DNA of 64,000 bases from Malacoraja senta (taxonomy: Eukaryota): NCBI GenBank assembly GCA_038087875.1, contig CM075998.1:2544001-2608000 (forward strand), written 5' to 3'. The notes beneath the pieces were generated by a model. That model was not told the DNA's origin. It was given only the letters and a program-made list of their open reading frames with translations, and ran no database searches. Of the stretch, positions 11,168 through 24,900 are shown in pieces. A program made the position numbers and the translations under genes. Each line of letters opens with the position of its first letter. Positions within the stretch are counted from its first letter, which is position 1.

Positions 11168-14100
11168 TGTCGCAGGAAACACTAACTCCTCCACCACTTT
11201 GTAACCTGTTGAGCAACACAGAAGGAACCAGTTGTGATGTGGGTTTAACCTAAACAAGGAAATGGAGAAAAAGTAATAACTTGCTAATATTAATGTTGAA
11301 GTTTCCAGAGACATTTGTTCGAAGTGATAAAGAGCGAACGTCTGACTTTCATATCTACTAGCTAGTTGCCAAAGTACCTTGCCAAATAGGGGTTAATATT
11401 TTAACCCTTTTGTTGCCCAGGCATTGTGCAGATGTATATGTATGAAACCTAAATACTGGTTTAGTAGACATTTTTTTGGACAGAAGAGGTTGCCTATTCA
11501 AGGGCGGACACAAAATGAAGAAACAAGGAATTGCAGATGCTGGTTTTCAAAAAAGACACAAGGTTCTGGAGAAACACAGCGGGTCAGGCAGCATCTTTGG
11601 AGAACATGGATAGGTGATGTTTTGCGTCTGGATCCTTCAGGCTCGTATCTGAGTCTGAAAAAGGGTCCTATCCATGTTCTTCAGAGATGCTGGCTGACCT
11701 GCTGAGTTACTCCAGCACTTTGTCTTTTTTGTAGGCACACAATGAAGTGTGTGTTCATCACCGTCCATGCATATACTGTGATTTGGCATATTTTACTTTA
11801 ATTCCAGGCTTTTTAAATTCTGGTGCTTTTTGTCTAATGTGCAGGGCAAGCTACTGCACTTCATCCCCACACCTCCATTTTCTTCTAGTAAATTTTTAAT
11901 AGTGGTACCCTTGATTTAAAAATCAAACAATGGTAACTTAAATGGCCAAATATAAGAGTGGATTGCAGGAAACATTTTAAAACTCCAGGTTTAGATGTTT
12001 TTAGGATTGAGTATACAGGCAACACCCTGTATACTCAATAATGTCTGTTTGTATTATGGAAATTCACCCTTACAGAATTTGCAAAACATTGCCCAAAAAT
12101 GTGAAAGGGGTGATTGAGATTGATTCTCATGAAATTTAAGGGAGGGTGAAGAGAGAGGGAGAGAGATAGAGATAGTAAATAAATTAATACATTTTTCAAA
12201 CTCATTTCTTGACTCATCGAGATGAAATGGCTTTGCATTTTGGAAAATTGCAATTATGGCCTGCTTTCCCAAAAACGACCCCCCCATGCCTGTGTAACAA
12301 TGTGGAGAGAGGGGGGGGGTTAGGGGGTCACATGTACAAATTGGACTGGTAATCTTCTCTGGCAATTAACCACCCTCCCCTAACTACCTCCCCCGACCTC
12401 CTCCCCAGCAATTGTATTTCAGGTTGTCTCGCTTGCCACTGAAGGTACAATTGCTCAGACAAAAAACACTGATTTTTGATTGTTTACAATAGGCACTGCC
12501 GTTAAATCTGAATTGCTGAGTTCAGAACAAGTATCACACCATGTCACCAAATAATGTCCTAGTCTGTGATTACATGGTTCTATAGAGACTATCTCCATCA
12601 AACAGCCCTGACTAGCTTAAACTGGTTGTTAATGTATGTATCTCGGCTCCAAAATCAGAGCCTCTGACTGTATCAGACGTACTGTATTTCTGAAAGGGCA
12701 AATTTAATCTTTTTTTTTTTAAGAAATATGAATTTTGATAACGGTACAGCAAAGAGTAATAAAAGGTAGTTTCAAATTGACACTAATTTATTTGAGTTTA
12801 CTTTTTGTCCAGTTAAGGAGACAGAATGGTTTATTCTCCAGAAGTGATTCCAGTCATTGTTTTAGAATACTTCTTTATTCCACTTGAAACCGGTTTCTGC
12901 GAAACTGGATGCTACCCTGCAAATATTAATATAAAAACTGTTCCTGCACACTAACATTGCTTTTTAGCTGGAAATAGTATGAGTACGTTTGTGTTGATAA
13001 ATTGTACACTATTTATTTTTATGAAGACATTTTTTAAAATTCTAAAATGGAATCCATATTGCCCAATGCAGATGTTAAAAACAGATTAAGGGCCAGCAAA
13101 CTTTTTTTTTTTTCAAGTTTCTATTTAATGGTACATTGGTATTTGGGTTGCCCACGTCTAATGGGGCTACTTTTGCTCGGGTAACTAATGTCTCATTCAT
13201 CATTCTCCCTGAATTATTGGTACTTTAACCTTTACTTGCAAGTCAATTTAACTGCCTACATTCTACATGAGGTAAAAAGGGATGGATATCAAATTATTTA
13301 TCTTTTGTTGCTATAGTTGATCTGACTTTGTTATCATAGTAATATTAATTGAATATGGACATGTACAGTTATGGTGACAATGATAATTAAAACAACGTAT
13401 GAAAATGGTTCAGTCTGAAGTATTTTGCGTGTTCTTGTGTTGCATTTCGAAAATGCTACGTACTTTTCCTACATTTTTAATATGTATGCATTTGTCCCTT
13501 GTCAAGTCTGAATGCTTTGTATTACTCCTGTTCAGACTGAGCATGTGAAGATTGAGAAAGTAGAGTGAAGCAAAATATGGAGGTGAGACTCTGGAAAATT
13601 AACAATTGGAATAGCAAAGCCTGAATTATATATCTCTAGCCATTTTGAAGATGGTTCTGTGGCATAATATTGAAATAAGATTCTGAAAGGAAAAAAATGC
13701 ACAATTTAAAAAAAAAAAAAAGCCTTGGCCTTCTCTGTTCCAGTGGAACAGTTCCAAATGAAATTGGCATTGAAATAAACAGATGGGATGGGGAAGAGCA
13801 TAAGTTCATCTAAGACTGCCACTGCACTATTTAAACTGTTATTCTTTTCCAAATCAGTTAAAATGGTATGGGTTAAATGGATTCCCCATTTATAGAATTG
13901 TTACTACCTATGTGTAATGTATCCTTGAAGTATTAAGCTTTATCCTATGTTTGATCTTCAGAACAATTAAAATAGGACCAGTAGACCTTGTGGTTGCTCT
14001 AAAATGGACAAGTTCATAAGATCATGGCTGATTACGTAACTGAACTTGATTTTGGCACTCTTATCTTCACTAAAGTTTACCAATATTAGCACCACCACAT

Positions 14101-15975
14101 CCTTCTTTCTAAATTGTCTTCAAGTAATAGAAGGATACAAACCACTCCATAATTCGTTTCAAAACATTTCAAAAAATAAATCAAATGCTGGCTAACGATT
14201 TGGAACATCTATTTTCTTGATTCCAATTGAGTCAAACAAATGCACTTTCAGTTCCAGACCTATTTGGAGGTGCTGAAAGTCTTCTGTGTCTCAAGCACAC
14301 ACTGAAAGTTTAATGCATTATTAGGCGTCTGTTAAATTAAAATTGCACAAAAATAAGAGGGAGGTAATGCTCCCAAATATGTCTGACATCGTGTTGCAGG
14401 CTCACAACGCAACTTTCAAATTAGTTGAGTGAAACTTTGTTGTTCAGCTTCCCTCAAGGGAAAAAAATCTTTTTCTTTTTTGTGAAGTATGATTGTGTAT
14501 AAAATTGAGAACTGGAAGAGGTTAATAACCAGGGACATTAATGGATTGTAGAAGGATTTGAGGGAATATTGAGGTATCCAGTAGCTAGGGAGGGGCTGGA
14601 ACACGCTGTCAGGAATAGTAATAGTCTGAATCCATTATGCTGTAAACCATAAAGCCACAAACCAAAAGCTGGTAAGCAGGAGAAAGGTTGAACAGCTCTC
14701 TTCTGGCTAAGCTTGATATGGTAGGATTTTTGGCTGAATGGTTCACTGTATTGCATTGCCTTTTGTGAGAAAGGATATGGTGACAATACATAGTATAAAC
14801 TATAGTTTGTTTTGTAAAGAAAATGACAACGGAAAAGCAGGCCAAAGTAGTTTTGGGGGGGGGGGGTGAAAAAGCTGAAAGTCATCAGTTTTGATTATAA
14901 TTTTAAATTGCTGGGCAGTACAGATTAGAAGCATGTGTCACAAGCAACTGTGCTCTGGAATCTCACGAAAAAGGTATTTTGAGATGTCTGTCAAGCTGCC
15001 TGGTTTAAGAGATTTTAGTTGGAATGTACTTTTTTTAATGCCCAGACCAGATTCTTTCTGTTGACTTTTTTTAGAAACTGCATAGTAGTTAAATGAAGGT
15101 AACTATTGTTAAATAAAAATGTAGTTGCACTTTTTGCAAGATTGAACACCTTGCTCATGAAGTAATTGGGAACACAATAGAAGAAAATGGTTCTTCCATT
15201 CTCTGTGATGGTGTTATATTACACGTAGAATGTAAAACAGTCCAGGCCCTTCACCCTGTGCTGAACATGATGCCAAATTAAACTAATCCGCTGTCTGCAT
15301 GTGATCCATATCCCTCCATTCCCTGCATATCCACATCTCTCTAAACAAACACTTAAATTCCACTCTTGTATCTGCTTCCCTTACCACCACTGCCAGTCTG
15401 TTCCAGACACCCCACCCACTGTGTAGAAAACAGAACTTGCCCTGCACATCTCCTTTAAACTTTCACCCTCTCATATTAAAGCTGCATCCTCTTATTTGAC
15501 ATTTCCACCCTGGGGGAAAAAAGTTTTGATTGTCTTTGTCAGCGGCTTTCATAACTTTAGAAACTTCTAGGATATGCAGGGAATGGATGAATATGTATCA
15601 TGTACAGAGGAAATTTATTTAACTTGGCAACATGTTTGGCACAGACAAGGTGGGCTGAAGGGCCTGTTCCTGTGTTCTGTTCCATGGCATCTTCTATATT
15701 TCCTTTTTAGGAAGTCCTGAAAAGAGAAATATTGCCACTTGTAACAAAACAATCTGTAAACTGACACAATCTTAAACTGTGCAGTATTTTGCAGAAAGTT
15801 TTCTAAAAGCCAATGTTTGTTGTATTTCACCTTAGACACAAGCAAAATTCTATGTGGCATCCATTTGAATATACCTCAGCTTTTTTATGAACTGTTGTAT
15901 TCTTTTGTAAGTACATGCCCATTTGCTCTTGTATAGAACTGTAAAATATAATAAAAGTTGTTTTGATCAGTTTTT
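11168..15975 (+). other. Probable long 3' UTR of the PLEKHA3-like gene
   Basis: AT-rich, largely repeat-poor sequence after the stop codon. AATAAA at 15950-15955 is followed by a U/GU-rich tract. Confidence 0.5.
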
Positions 15976-16494
15976 CAGTCTATCCTAGTTTTAAACTGTG
16001 CTTTATTTCATAACCATTTGAAGGGTCCTTTTGATCTGGAAAACCAAACTAATGTGCTGGAAGGCACTGCCTGTTTAAATTCTAACTGAAGGTACAATGG
16101 TGGTAATGGGTTTTTTTCCTCTGTCATTGACTTGAATCTTTCAATTATCTTTTCCCTCTGCACACTAGACATGCAAGGGGCTGTCTCGCAAACTACTAAC
16201 TGTACAATAGTCAGTCAATGTATCAATTTGTCTTGAGCCATAATAAATACTCAAGTACTCTCTTCCCCTCCCCCCCCCCCCCCCCAACCCCTTCAAACAC
16301 CAAAACAACTACTGGAAGTTGCACGCTTCCACAAGTTTTAAGAGCTCTACTCTATTCATTTATATCACTTCCTCCACACCAACCCTCAATTCCCCCTCCC
16401 ATGCAAAATAAGTAGATTTGAGATGCTGGGTGGAGGCTCCCTCTGTTTTGCTGCACATAAACTTGCTGTACCACTGTGGTGAACCACATGGTAA

Positions 16495-16872
16495 TAGAAA
16501 CATAGAAAATAGGTACAGGAGTAGGCCATTCGGCCCTTCGAGCCTGCACCTCCATTCAATATGATCATGGCTGATCATCCAACTCAGTATCCTGTACCTG
16601 CCTTCTCTCCATACCCCCTGACCCCTTTAGCCACAAGGGCCACATCTAAACTCCCTCTTAAATATAGCCAATGAAACTGGGCTCAACTACCTTCTGTGGC
16701 AGAGAATTCCACAGATTCACCAATCTCTGTGTAAAAAAATGATTTTCTCATCTCGGTCCTAAAAGACTTCCCCTTATCCTTAAACTGTGACCCCTTGTTC
16801 TGGACTTCCCCAACATCGGGAATAATCTTCCTGCATCTAGCCTGTCCAACCCCTTAAGAATTTTTGTACGTT
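16495..16872 (-). mobile_element. CR1-type LINE 3' fragment
   Basis: Minus-strand translation gives KILKGLDRLDAGRLFPMLGKSRTRGHSLRI (CR1 ORF2 C-terminus). The tail is a (catagaaa)n repeat on the + strand. Confidence 0.8.
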
Positions 16873-17639
16873 TTGTAAGGAATGGGTGATGTTTCGGGTC
16901 AAGACCCTTCTTCAGACTGAAAGTCACGGGAAAGGGAAACGAGAGATATTGACGATGATGTAGGGATATAAACAAACGAATGAATGCTTTGCAATTGAAC
17001 AGACGGGTTCTGAACAGACCTTAAAGTCTTCACATGCTATTGGGTGTTCAGGGATGACAGATGATATTAGGCTCACTCTAGATCAAATGTTTAGATTGTG
17101 TTCTTCTTTTCCAACACTCCCTCCTCACTATATCACCAACCATTTACATGTTTTCATAAACAGCAAGAACTGTATCAAATACAGTTCATAGCTGTTATCT
17201 GACAAATGGCTTGTCAGTGTGTAACTTGAAACCCAGCCCCTTCCCAATTATGCGCTTGTGACTTCTGATGAAGGAAACAAAGTTGGGGGAAGTTGGGCTT
17301 GGGACGACCATCATGAGAACCCTGTTGAAATGTGTGTCTTCTCTTCTATTTCCCCCCCCCCCCCCCCCCCCCCAAATCCACCACTTTTCTGAGACACATG
17401 GTTAGCAACCAAAGGATATAGCAGGGCATGGTAGATTGAGCGCAAGTGTTCAGTGAAAAGGTCGACCGAGTCTACATTTGGTCTGAAGAAGGGTCTTGAC
17501 CCAAAATGTCACCCATTCCCTCTCTCCAGAGATGCTACCTGTTACTCCAGCTTTTTGTGTCTACATTTTGTTTTTGCGATGTACATTTCAGTCACATCAT
17601 GAACACGGGATGCATTAGATGAGGCTCAGTCGACCAAGG

Positions 17640-18015
17640 CCTGCCTACTGGATCTCCCAGTTGCTAAACCATTTCAACACCTCTTCCATTCTGACCTTCT
17701 GCCCTGGGCTTCCGCCATTGTCAAAGTGAGTCCACACACAAACTGCAGTTACAGAAACTTTGTATTACACTTGGGTCGCTTGCATCCCAACGGTATGAAC
17801 ATTGAGAGACACAAAATGCTGGAGTAACTCAGCGGGTCAGGTGATGTTTCGGGTCAAGACCTTTCTTCAGACTGAAAGTCATGGGAAAATGAGAGATATA
17901 GACGATGATGTAGGGATATAAAACAAATGAATGAATACTATGCAAAAAAGTAACAATGATAAAGGAAACAAGCCATTGTTAGTCTCTGAATGGGTGACGG
18001 TATGAACATTGAATT
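17640..18015 (+). mobile_element. Penelope-like element fragment (GIY-YIG endonuclease C-terminus) with a nested short insertion
   Basis: Decayed PVAxHFN...LGxxHCQSExxxKL...LGRLHPNGMNIE motif typical of the PLE GIY-YIG C-terminus. The nested insertion 17806-17996 is flanked by the 16-bp duplication acggtatgaacattga (17790-17805 and 17997-18012). Confidence 0.65.
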
Positions 18016-18399
18016 GCCCCCAGACTTTAACATTGCCACCTGGGAAAAGGGTTGTCTACCCTATGCCCCTCGTAATTTAATAAACTTCCAGCAAGAAGTT
18101 TACTATCAACAATCATTTTACTGAATGTGTCCAAACGTCTTTTTGACAAACAAAGGTACTTTGTTATTTGGTGTTTTATCTCACTGAGAACAAAAGAAAA
18201 TTCATCGGGGCAGGAGGAGTATGGTTTTGATTTTGCTTTCAACTCTAAGCGGAAGTTAAGTAAATCCCATGGGGAATCCAAGTAAAGCAAGTTCGGGGAA
18301 AATGAAGAAGAAAGCATGGAGATATTTAAAGGGGAAGGTGTGAAGGGACGAGTGAGGTGAGAGAAAAGGGGAGGGGGAGATGGGAACTCGTGGGAGGAG

Positions 18400-18930
18400 C
18401 AACGAGTTAAGGTGGGCGGGATAACTACTTGCTAGAACAGGTTTTAAATGCGGATTTTGGAAGAAGTAGCTTGGTTGAGCGTACTTTGATCAGGAAACGT
18501 CTTTCTCTCCCTCGTCACACGGCCCTTGTCCGCTGCTCTCCGTCCTCGCGCCCTTCGCGCCCCTTTTTTGCGCCGCGCCGCCTGACCCCCCCAACCGGAA
18601 GCGATGGTGGGCGGGCCGGCGGCGCGCCTGCGCAGTGGCATCCGCGCCAGCGCTTATGCGGGACCGTGGAGGAGCCGGAGTCGCTGCCGTTGTGTGAGCC
18701 ACGATCACCGCCAGCGTTGTCTGGGATGACGGAGGATCGGGCCGCTGCTGCAGCGAAGAAGAATTCCAGCTGTCCCCAGGTACGGAGGAGCAGCTCGTCC
18801 AACCGGGGCCCTTTACGGGAAGCTCTTTGTTCGTTGCCGCCGGGTACAACCTGGCCACATTAAAGGAGACTTACTCTCTTCATCGCCCCGGGACGTCCCT
18901 GTCGTGCTGTGGGAAGCACGATCGCAAATT
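18400..18930 (+). promoter_or_regulatory. CpG-island promoter and exon 1 of TARBP2
   Basis: High CpG density. GC boxes gggcggg at 18414-18420 and about 18609, ETS site ccggaag at 18595-18601, NRF1-like gcgcctgcgca at 18624-18634, and splice donor cag|gtacgg at 18780. Confidence 0.8.
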
Positions 18931-21900
18931 TGAGTACAGCAAGCTTCCCCAAAACATCAGCGTGAACAGTAAACTAAGCTCGTAATATGCCTTTGTGATT
19001 TTAGTTGAAGTATAAGTGTTAGCCTCCAAGGCAACAACGAGAACTATTTTCTTCTAAATTGCCTCATGAGATATTTTACATTCACCCGAAGTAGCGGACG
19101 AAGCCCTTGGTCTAACAGCTCCTCGACATTGTCTCTTCCACCGACCACCCTAACGACACTAGCAAAGACTTTTGTGAACATTTTAATTGTCACAACAATT
19201 GAGGCCATCTGGTCAACTCTTACTTCAAAAGTAAATTGAAACACTACAGATGCTTAAAATTCTTACGACGTACCCCTTTCTCCTCTGCCAGGTTAAATTT
19301 ACAAGAGATCTTTACCCCACCCCTATCTAAAGTTCGTTCTAATCCCCTTTCACCCTTTCATTAAACTATTCTACCCACTACCCCTCAATCCCATCATGGT
19401 CTCTCCAAGATCATTTTATCCACAAAATGCACATCTCTATTTATTCATTTTCCTGGAGGTGGTCATTATTGGCAAGGCTAGTATTTTATTGTCCATCCTC
19501 AATTGCCCGTCAGTAGGTAATGGCTATATTTTGAAGGCCTTCTGGTGAAAGTGCTCCAATGTTGTCGGGGAGGGAGATGCATGTGTGCGACTTGAAGAAG
19601 ATCCTGCTGTTGGTGGAGTTCCCCTGGACCTATTGCCCTTTGTTCTTCTTGGTGGTAGCAGTCATAGGTGAGGAAGTGCTGCCGCAGTAGCCAAGGCAAG
19701 TAACTGCAGTACATTTTGTAAGTGGTGCGTATTGCAGCTACTGGGTCATCATGCATCAGGCAACACTGGTGCCAATTTTCCCAAGTTGGTATGGGTACGT
19801 GTAGTGACAGGGTGCAGGTAAACCTTATGGGTGATAATCAACCATGCAACTATGTACTGGATGCTGTTGAGCTGCTTGGCTGTTGTGGAAGGTATACTCA
19901 TCTAGTCAAGTGTAAAGTATCTCATCATACTTCATACATCATACATACATCATACATCATCTTGTGCTGCATAGATGGTGGAAAGATTTTGGGTGACTCA
20001 CTCGCAAGTAGTGGAAAGCACCACTAATCTAGTGATCAGACATCTTCCCTGCCTGTCTCTATGCGAACTGATGTTAAAATTTTTACCTGAACACATCCTG
20101 CTCCCCCCCCCCCCCCCAAAATCTGTTGCCATCACCATGCCATTTTCTTTTTTTTTAAACCCACAGCAGTCTTTGGGGGGGAAAAAGACACAAAGTGCTG
20201 AAGTAACTCAGCAGGTCGGACAGCATCTCAGGAGAAAATGGATAGAATGAATTATCCTTTATTGTGACATAGGTGACATTTCGGGTCAGAAGAAGGGCCC
20301 CTACCCGAAACATCACCTCTCCATGTTCTGCAGAGATGCTGCCTGACCTGCTGAGATACTCCAGCACTTTGTGTCTTTTTATTTGAAAACATTTGAACAT
20401 TTGAAATCAACATCTGCAGTTCCTTATGTCTACAGTAGTCTTTGATCTCTTTATCCTTGAAAACCACTGCCCCATCTCCAACTCCCCTGTCCAAGTCCTA
20501 CAAACTTACCTGTTTTATCTTTTTATTCTGCAGTATTGAGCAAATGCTGGCCTCAAATCCTGGGAAGACACCAATTAGTTTACTACAAGAGTATGGAACA
20601 AGGATTGGAAAGACACCGGTGTATGACCTGCTGAAAGCTGAGGGCCAGGCCCACCAACCCAATTTCACTTTCCGAGTGACAGTCGGAGATATTAACTGCA
20701 CAGGTTTGTGTCTCAAGTTATTCAAGGAGGGTGAGGGAGTTTGTGATGGTTTCTATAGAGAATCGACTTGTACGCTTTGAAAGTAGCAATGCATTTTTTC
20801 AACGTTCAACATTTGTTTTTGTTCGAATTGGTTAGGAAGAGGTTCCAGTGTTAAAGGAAAAAGTGGTCTCAGTTTGTATAAAGATCTGGTAATTGGCACT
20901 GGTGGTGCTGGTATAATTTCATTGATTATTACAGTGCCAGACATCTCCATGTTTTGGGGGTATTTTAAGTTTTTTTCATGGAAATGGAAATTAGACGTGG
21001 TAGAAAGTATTTCAGCAGAACAATGCGTTCCGAAATTTCCGCTAGTCTCAAGCTCTGCCACTGCAAATGTTTCTTTCAATGATTTTATTCATTGCTCATA
21101 TTCCCTGTAACCACAGTGAGGAACAGGGTCAAATTCTGTTAAGGCATTGCATCCATACTTATGCTTGGGTATTCCTCGTTTATTTGTTGGTGGCAATTTT
21201 CAAAACCAATTTCCTTTTCCATGTTCCTTTATATTTCCACGCTGTCTGTGCAGTATGACACCTTATACATGTGAAGAAATTATGTTACCTGCTTTAATAA
21301 AAAACGTGAAGGACAACAACTCTCACCGATATGCCCACATGGTTTTCTCTACCATTCCTCTTTTTCAGCAACTTAAAGCACTTCTATCTCTTCCTGTTTC
21401 TGGTAACAGTTTGTCAGCCTAAAAAAAATCACTTTTGTTTCTCATTCCACAGATGTTTGCTGCCTGTTTCCACCATTTTGCTTTTATTTATCTTCAAGGT
21501 TAACATTGTTTTTCAGCTCGATGTACAGTGCTGTTCCGAGTGTGGAGCCATTAAGATTATTATGTTGAATTTAATCTGGCTGAGTAAGCAACCTGATTTA
21601 AGTCTCATGGACATGCAAGAAGAACAGCGATGTTTGTATGTTTGTATCTGTTCTGAGATGGCAAGGACAAAATGTTCTGATGGGATTATTGCTGACATCA
21701 TTGTTGATGACTGGAAAAAATGCTCGTGTTGGTCAGTGTAATGGCTGCCAATCCAAAGCAGACTCTTGTGAAGCGCTGTTCAAGTCGTTCACTTTCCAGT
21801 AAGGAAATCTGTAATTAGAGGTCTCCAGCAGGATGTGTTCTGACAATCTGGAACCAAAATCTTTATATCAAAGTTGGAGAACAGAAACAGGCCATCCAAT

Positions 21901-24900
21901 CCATCTGCTCCATGCCAGAGTTTGTTCTCCACATGGTTCTGCTTCATCTCGTCCTGTTAGCATTTATTCTTCCCGTAGAAACGAGGAACTGCAGATGCTG
22001 GTTTACCAAGGAACGACACAAAATTCTGATCAGGCATCATCCTTGGAGAATGTGCATAAGTGATGCTTCAGATCACATATCCATGTCCATATCCACCTAC
22101 CCGAAATGTCACCTATCCATGTTCTCCAGTGATGCTGCCTGACCCACTGATTTACTCCAGCATTTAGTGTCTTCAATTTATTCTTCCTCCTACTTATTTA
22201 CTTATGTAACTGACCCTGAAAGAATACTTATATAAGAAAATATGCACATGTAGCTGCCGAAAACTATTTAATGCGGGACCACTTTCTCATCGTTCTTTGG
22301 GTAAAACTGTTCCTTAATTAGTTGGATCAACTTTAATAAAAACTTTTAACTCGAGGGGAATTCGACCTTTTCTTAACCGCAGACTGATGTCCCTTTTGTA
22401 AATGAGATGACAGCACGTGGAATCAGTTGTTTATTGTAGGTGGAGCTGGTGTGCCAGATGTGACCTGTTTTCCCATGCACAAACCATTTAAGAGCTGCAA
22501 ATCAAAAGTAAATCATTTTGTGTGGATGCCTTTGAAATGCTGTGACTATTTTATACAATAAATAGAGCTTTGTTTTCCGATACCTAAAAAAAAATCAAGT
22601 CAAACTCAAGTCCAACAGGTAGAGCAAAGGGAAAGATACTAAGTGCAGAATATAGTTCTCAGCATTGTAGCGCTTCAGTTCCAGAGACAAAGTCCAATGT
22701 CCGCAATGGGGTCGAGGTGAATTGGAAAGTACCCTAGCTTAAGGAAGGTCTGTTCAGAAGCCTGATAACAGAGAGGATGAGGGGGGATGTGTGTGGGTTG
22801 TTGGTTGAAGAACATTTTGATCAGGTCGTCAGGTTTTCTTCCAGTGCCAGGAGATTTTTACCAAATAAAAGTGGAGTTTTGTTCTTTAATGCAGTGATTC
22901 CTATCTGCTGGACTGAGATATTGGCTTATATTGTATACTTATACTTGTGTACTGGTGGAGTTTAATGGTACAATTCTCACCCAATTGCGCATGCTGGCAA
23001 CAAAGGCACACTTGACTCATCTGGCAAACATTCCTCTTTTAAAAAGGGATTCAAACCTTTCTGCTTTGAGACAAGTTATTCAAATTTGTCTAACAGTCTA
23101 ATCAGTTCATCCCTGGGGTTTCAATGCTGAAGTGGCTGATGAAACTGGTTGTACTGTGTCATGCACCTGTTTTGTGACTTTTATTTAAATCGTACTTTGT
23201 GTTTTAATTGATGTTTTTCCCCCCCCTCAGGTCAGGGGCCTAGCAAAAAGGCAGCAAAGCACAAGGCAGCAGAAGCTGCCCTGAAATTACTAAAGGGAGG
23301 AAACATGTTGGAGCCTATGTTGGATGGAGTCAAGTACGTGAATAGCTAACTGCACCTGGAAAGAGCTTTCTATTCCATCGTGTGACGGTGACGTTCAAAC
23401 CTTTAACTGCCCCTCTCTCATGCCCATCTCTCCTAAAGGCAGTGACATATGCAGGGAAACCACTCCAAAGTTTCCTGGTGATCGCCCAGTCATTTCTGGA
23501 GGCGATCCTTGGCAGCAAACATTGATCTGCTTTAACCATGTTGGATTTTGCAGCTGTACACAGTGATGTCAATTACCGTGCACCCCTATTGTTCACATCT
23601 GCACTTTCACCAGAGGACACTGGCTGGTGACCATGAGCAGAAATCTTGTAACAGTTATCATCCCTCCTCACAACTCCTGCCCATTCTATTCTTGTTCCCC
23701 TCTTTGCTGTCCCAGTTAAAATTCTGTGCCGATCTGAGGATTTCTGCATTCAGAGGTGCTGCTCTGATGAAACAGTGAACTGAGATCCTCTGTGTTCCAA
23801 TGGTTGAGGTGGATGTGAAAAATTGGTTGGCACGTGTACTTTCCCCCCCCCCCCTAAAAAAGTGCATCCATGTTCTACGGCCTATATGTCCCTCTGGATT
23901 AGTGCCCCTAAAGTCTGATTGACTGGTCACTCCTCTCATTGCCAGTTGCAGGACACTGCTATGCGCAAAATGGCTGTTGCATTTGCCTACATAAGTCACT
24001 GCATTTCAAAGCAAATGATTGTCTGTGAACATTATGGAACATTTTTTAAAGTTATGATAATGGCGCTATGTGAATGCAAATTCCTTTTCTTCCAAGTGCA
24101 GGCGCGAGATTGGATCTGGGACTTTGTGCCGCCTTCACTCCATATGAAAAATATCAAGTGTCATTTCACGTATTGTGTCAATCAGTTTTATTCATAGTTG
24201 GACTTTACTCAAATACACCTGGGAAAGCCACATGTTTTAATGGAAATGAGTTGGACATTCTGACTGTCCAAAACTTGGTGACAGTCTCTCCACTGTTTTT
24301 CTATTTCATCTTGTTTCATGAATGCAAACATTTCAGTGGGGGTGTCTCAGGAATGACAAGATAAATTTGACATGAAATTCTTTGCTACTTGTAGTTAAAC
24401 ATAGTAACGTCTTCAGTTCTCCAAGGCTACTTACAGTCATCCCTTGGTACAGTTTTGATTGACCCAACTCTTTTTAGTCAAGAATCTATTGATTGAAAAT
24501 GAATATTTTACTAATCAGCACAATATTTTGTTGCCTTAATACACTCATGGTAGTGTTAGCTATAGGTAGGAATAAAATGCAGTAATCCAGAGTACTCTTA
24601 AAGATACCAGCCTAGATGATCTGACTGTTGAGTAAAGCAGAAGGTGATGGGTGTAAGGAACGAGCTGCCAGAGAGGTAGTTGAGACAGGTACTATAACAA
24701 CATTTGAAAGTCATTTAGACAGGTATGCGGATAGGAAAGGTTTAGATAGATATGGGTCAAACTTGGGCAGGTGGGACTAGTGTAGATAGAGTATCTTGGC
24801 CAGTATGGGCAGGTTGGGCTGAAGGGCCTGTTTCTGTGCTGTGACACCCCGAGTGGGCAACTCAGGATTGTGATTGCTATTCATGAGATGCTTGGAATTG

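Noticed and set aside
17352..17373. Long poly-C/poly-G tracts (also about 16270, 20103, 35268, 49845, 55017) as functional G-quadruplexes
   Set aside because: Simple homopolymers of uncertain assembled length with no supporting context.
18429..18863. 144-aa ORF and antisense ORFs at the TARBP2 5' end
   Set aside because: By-products of the CpG island. Only 18726-18779 fits TARBP2 exon 1.
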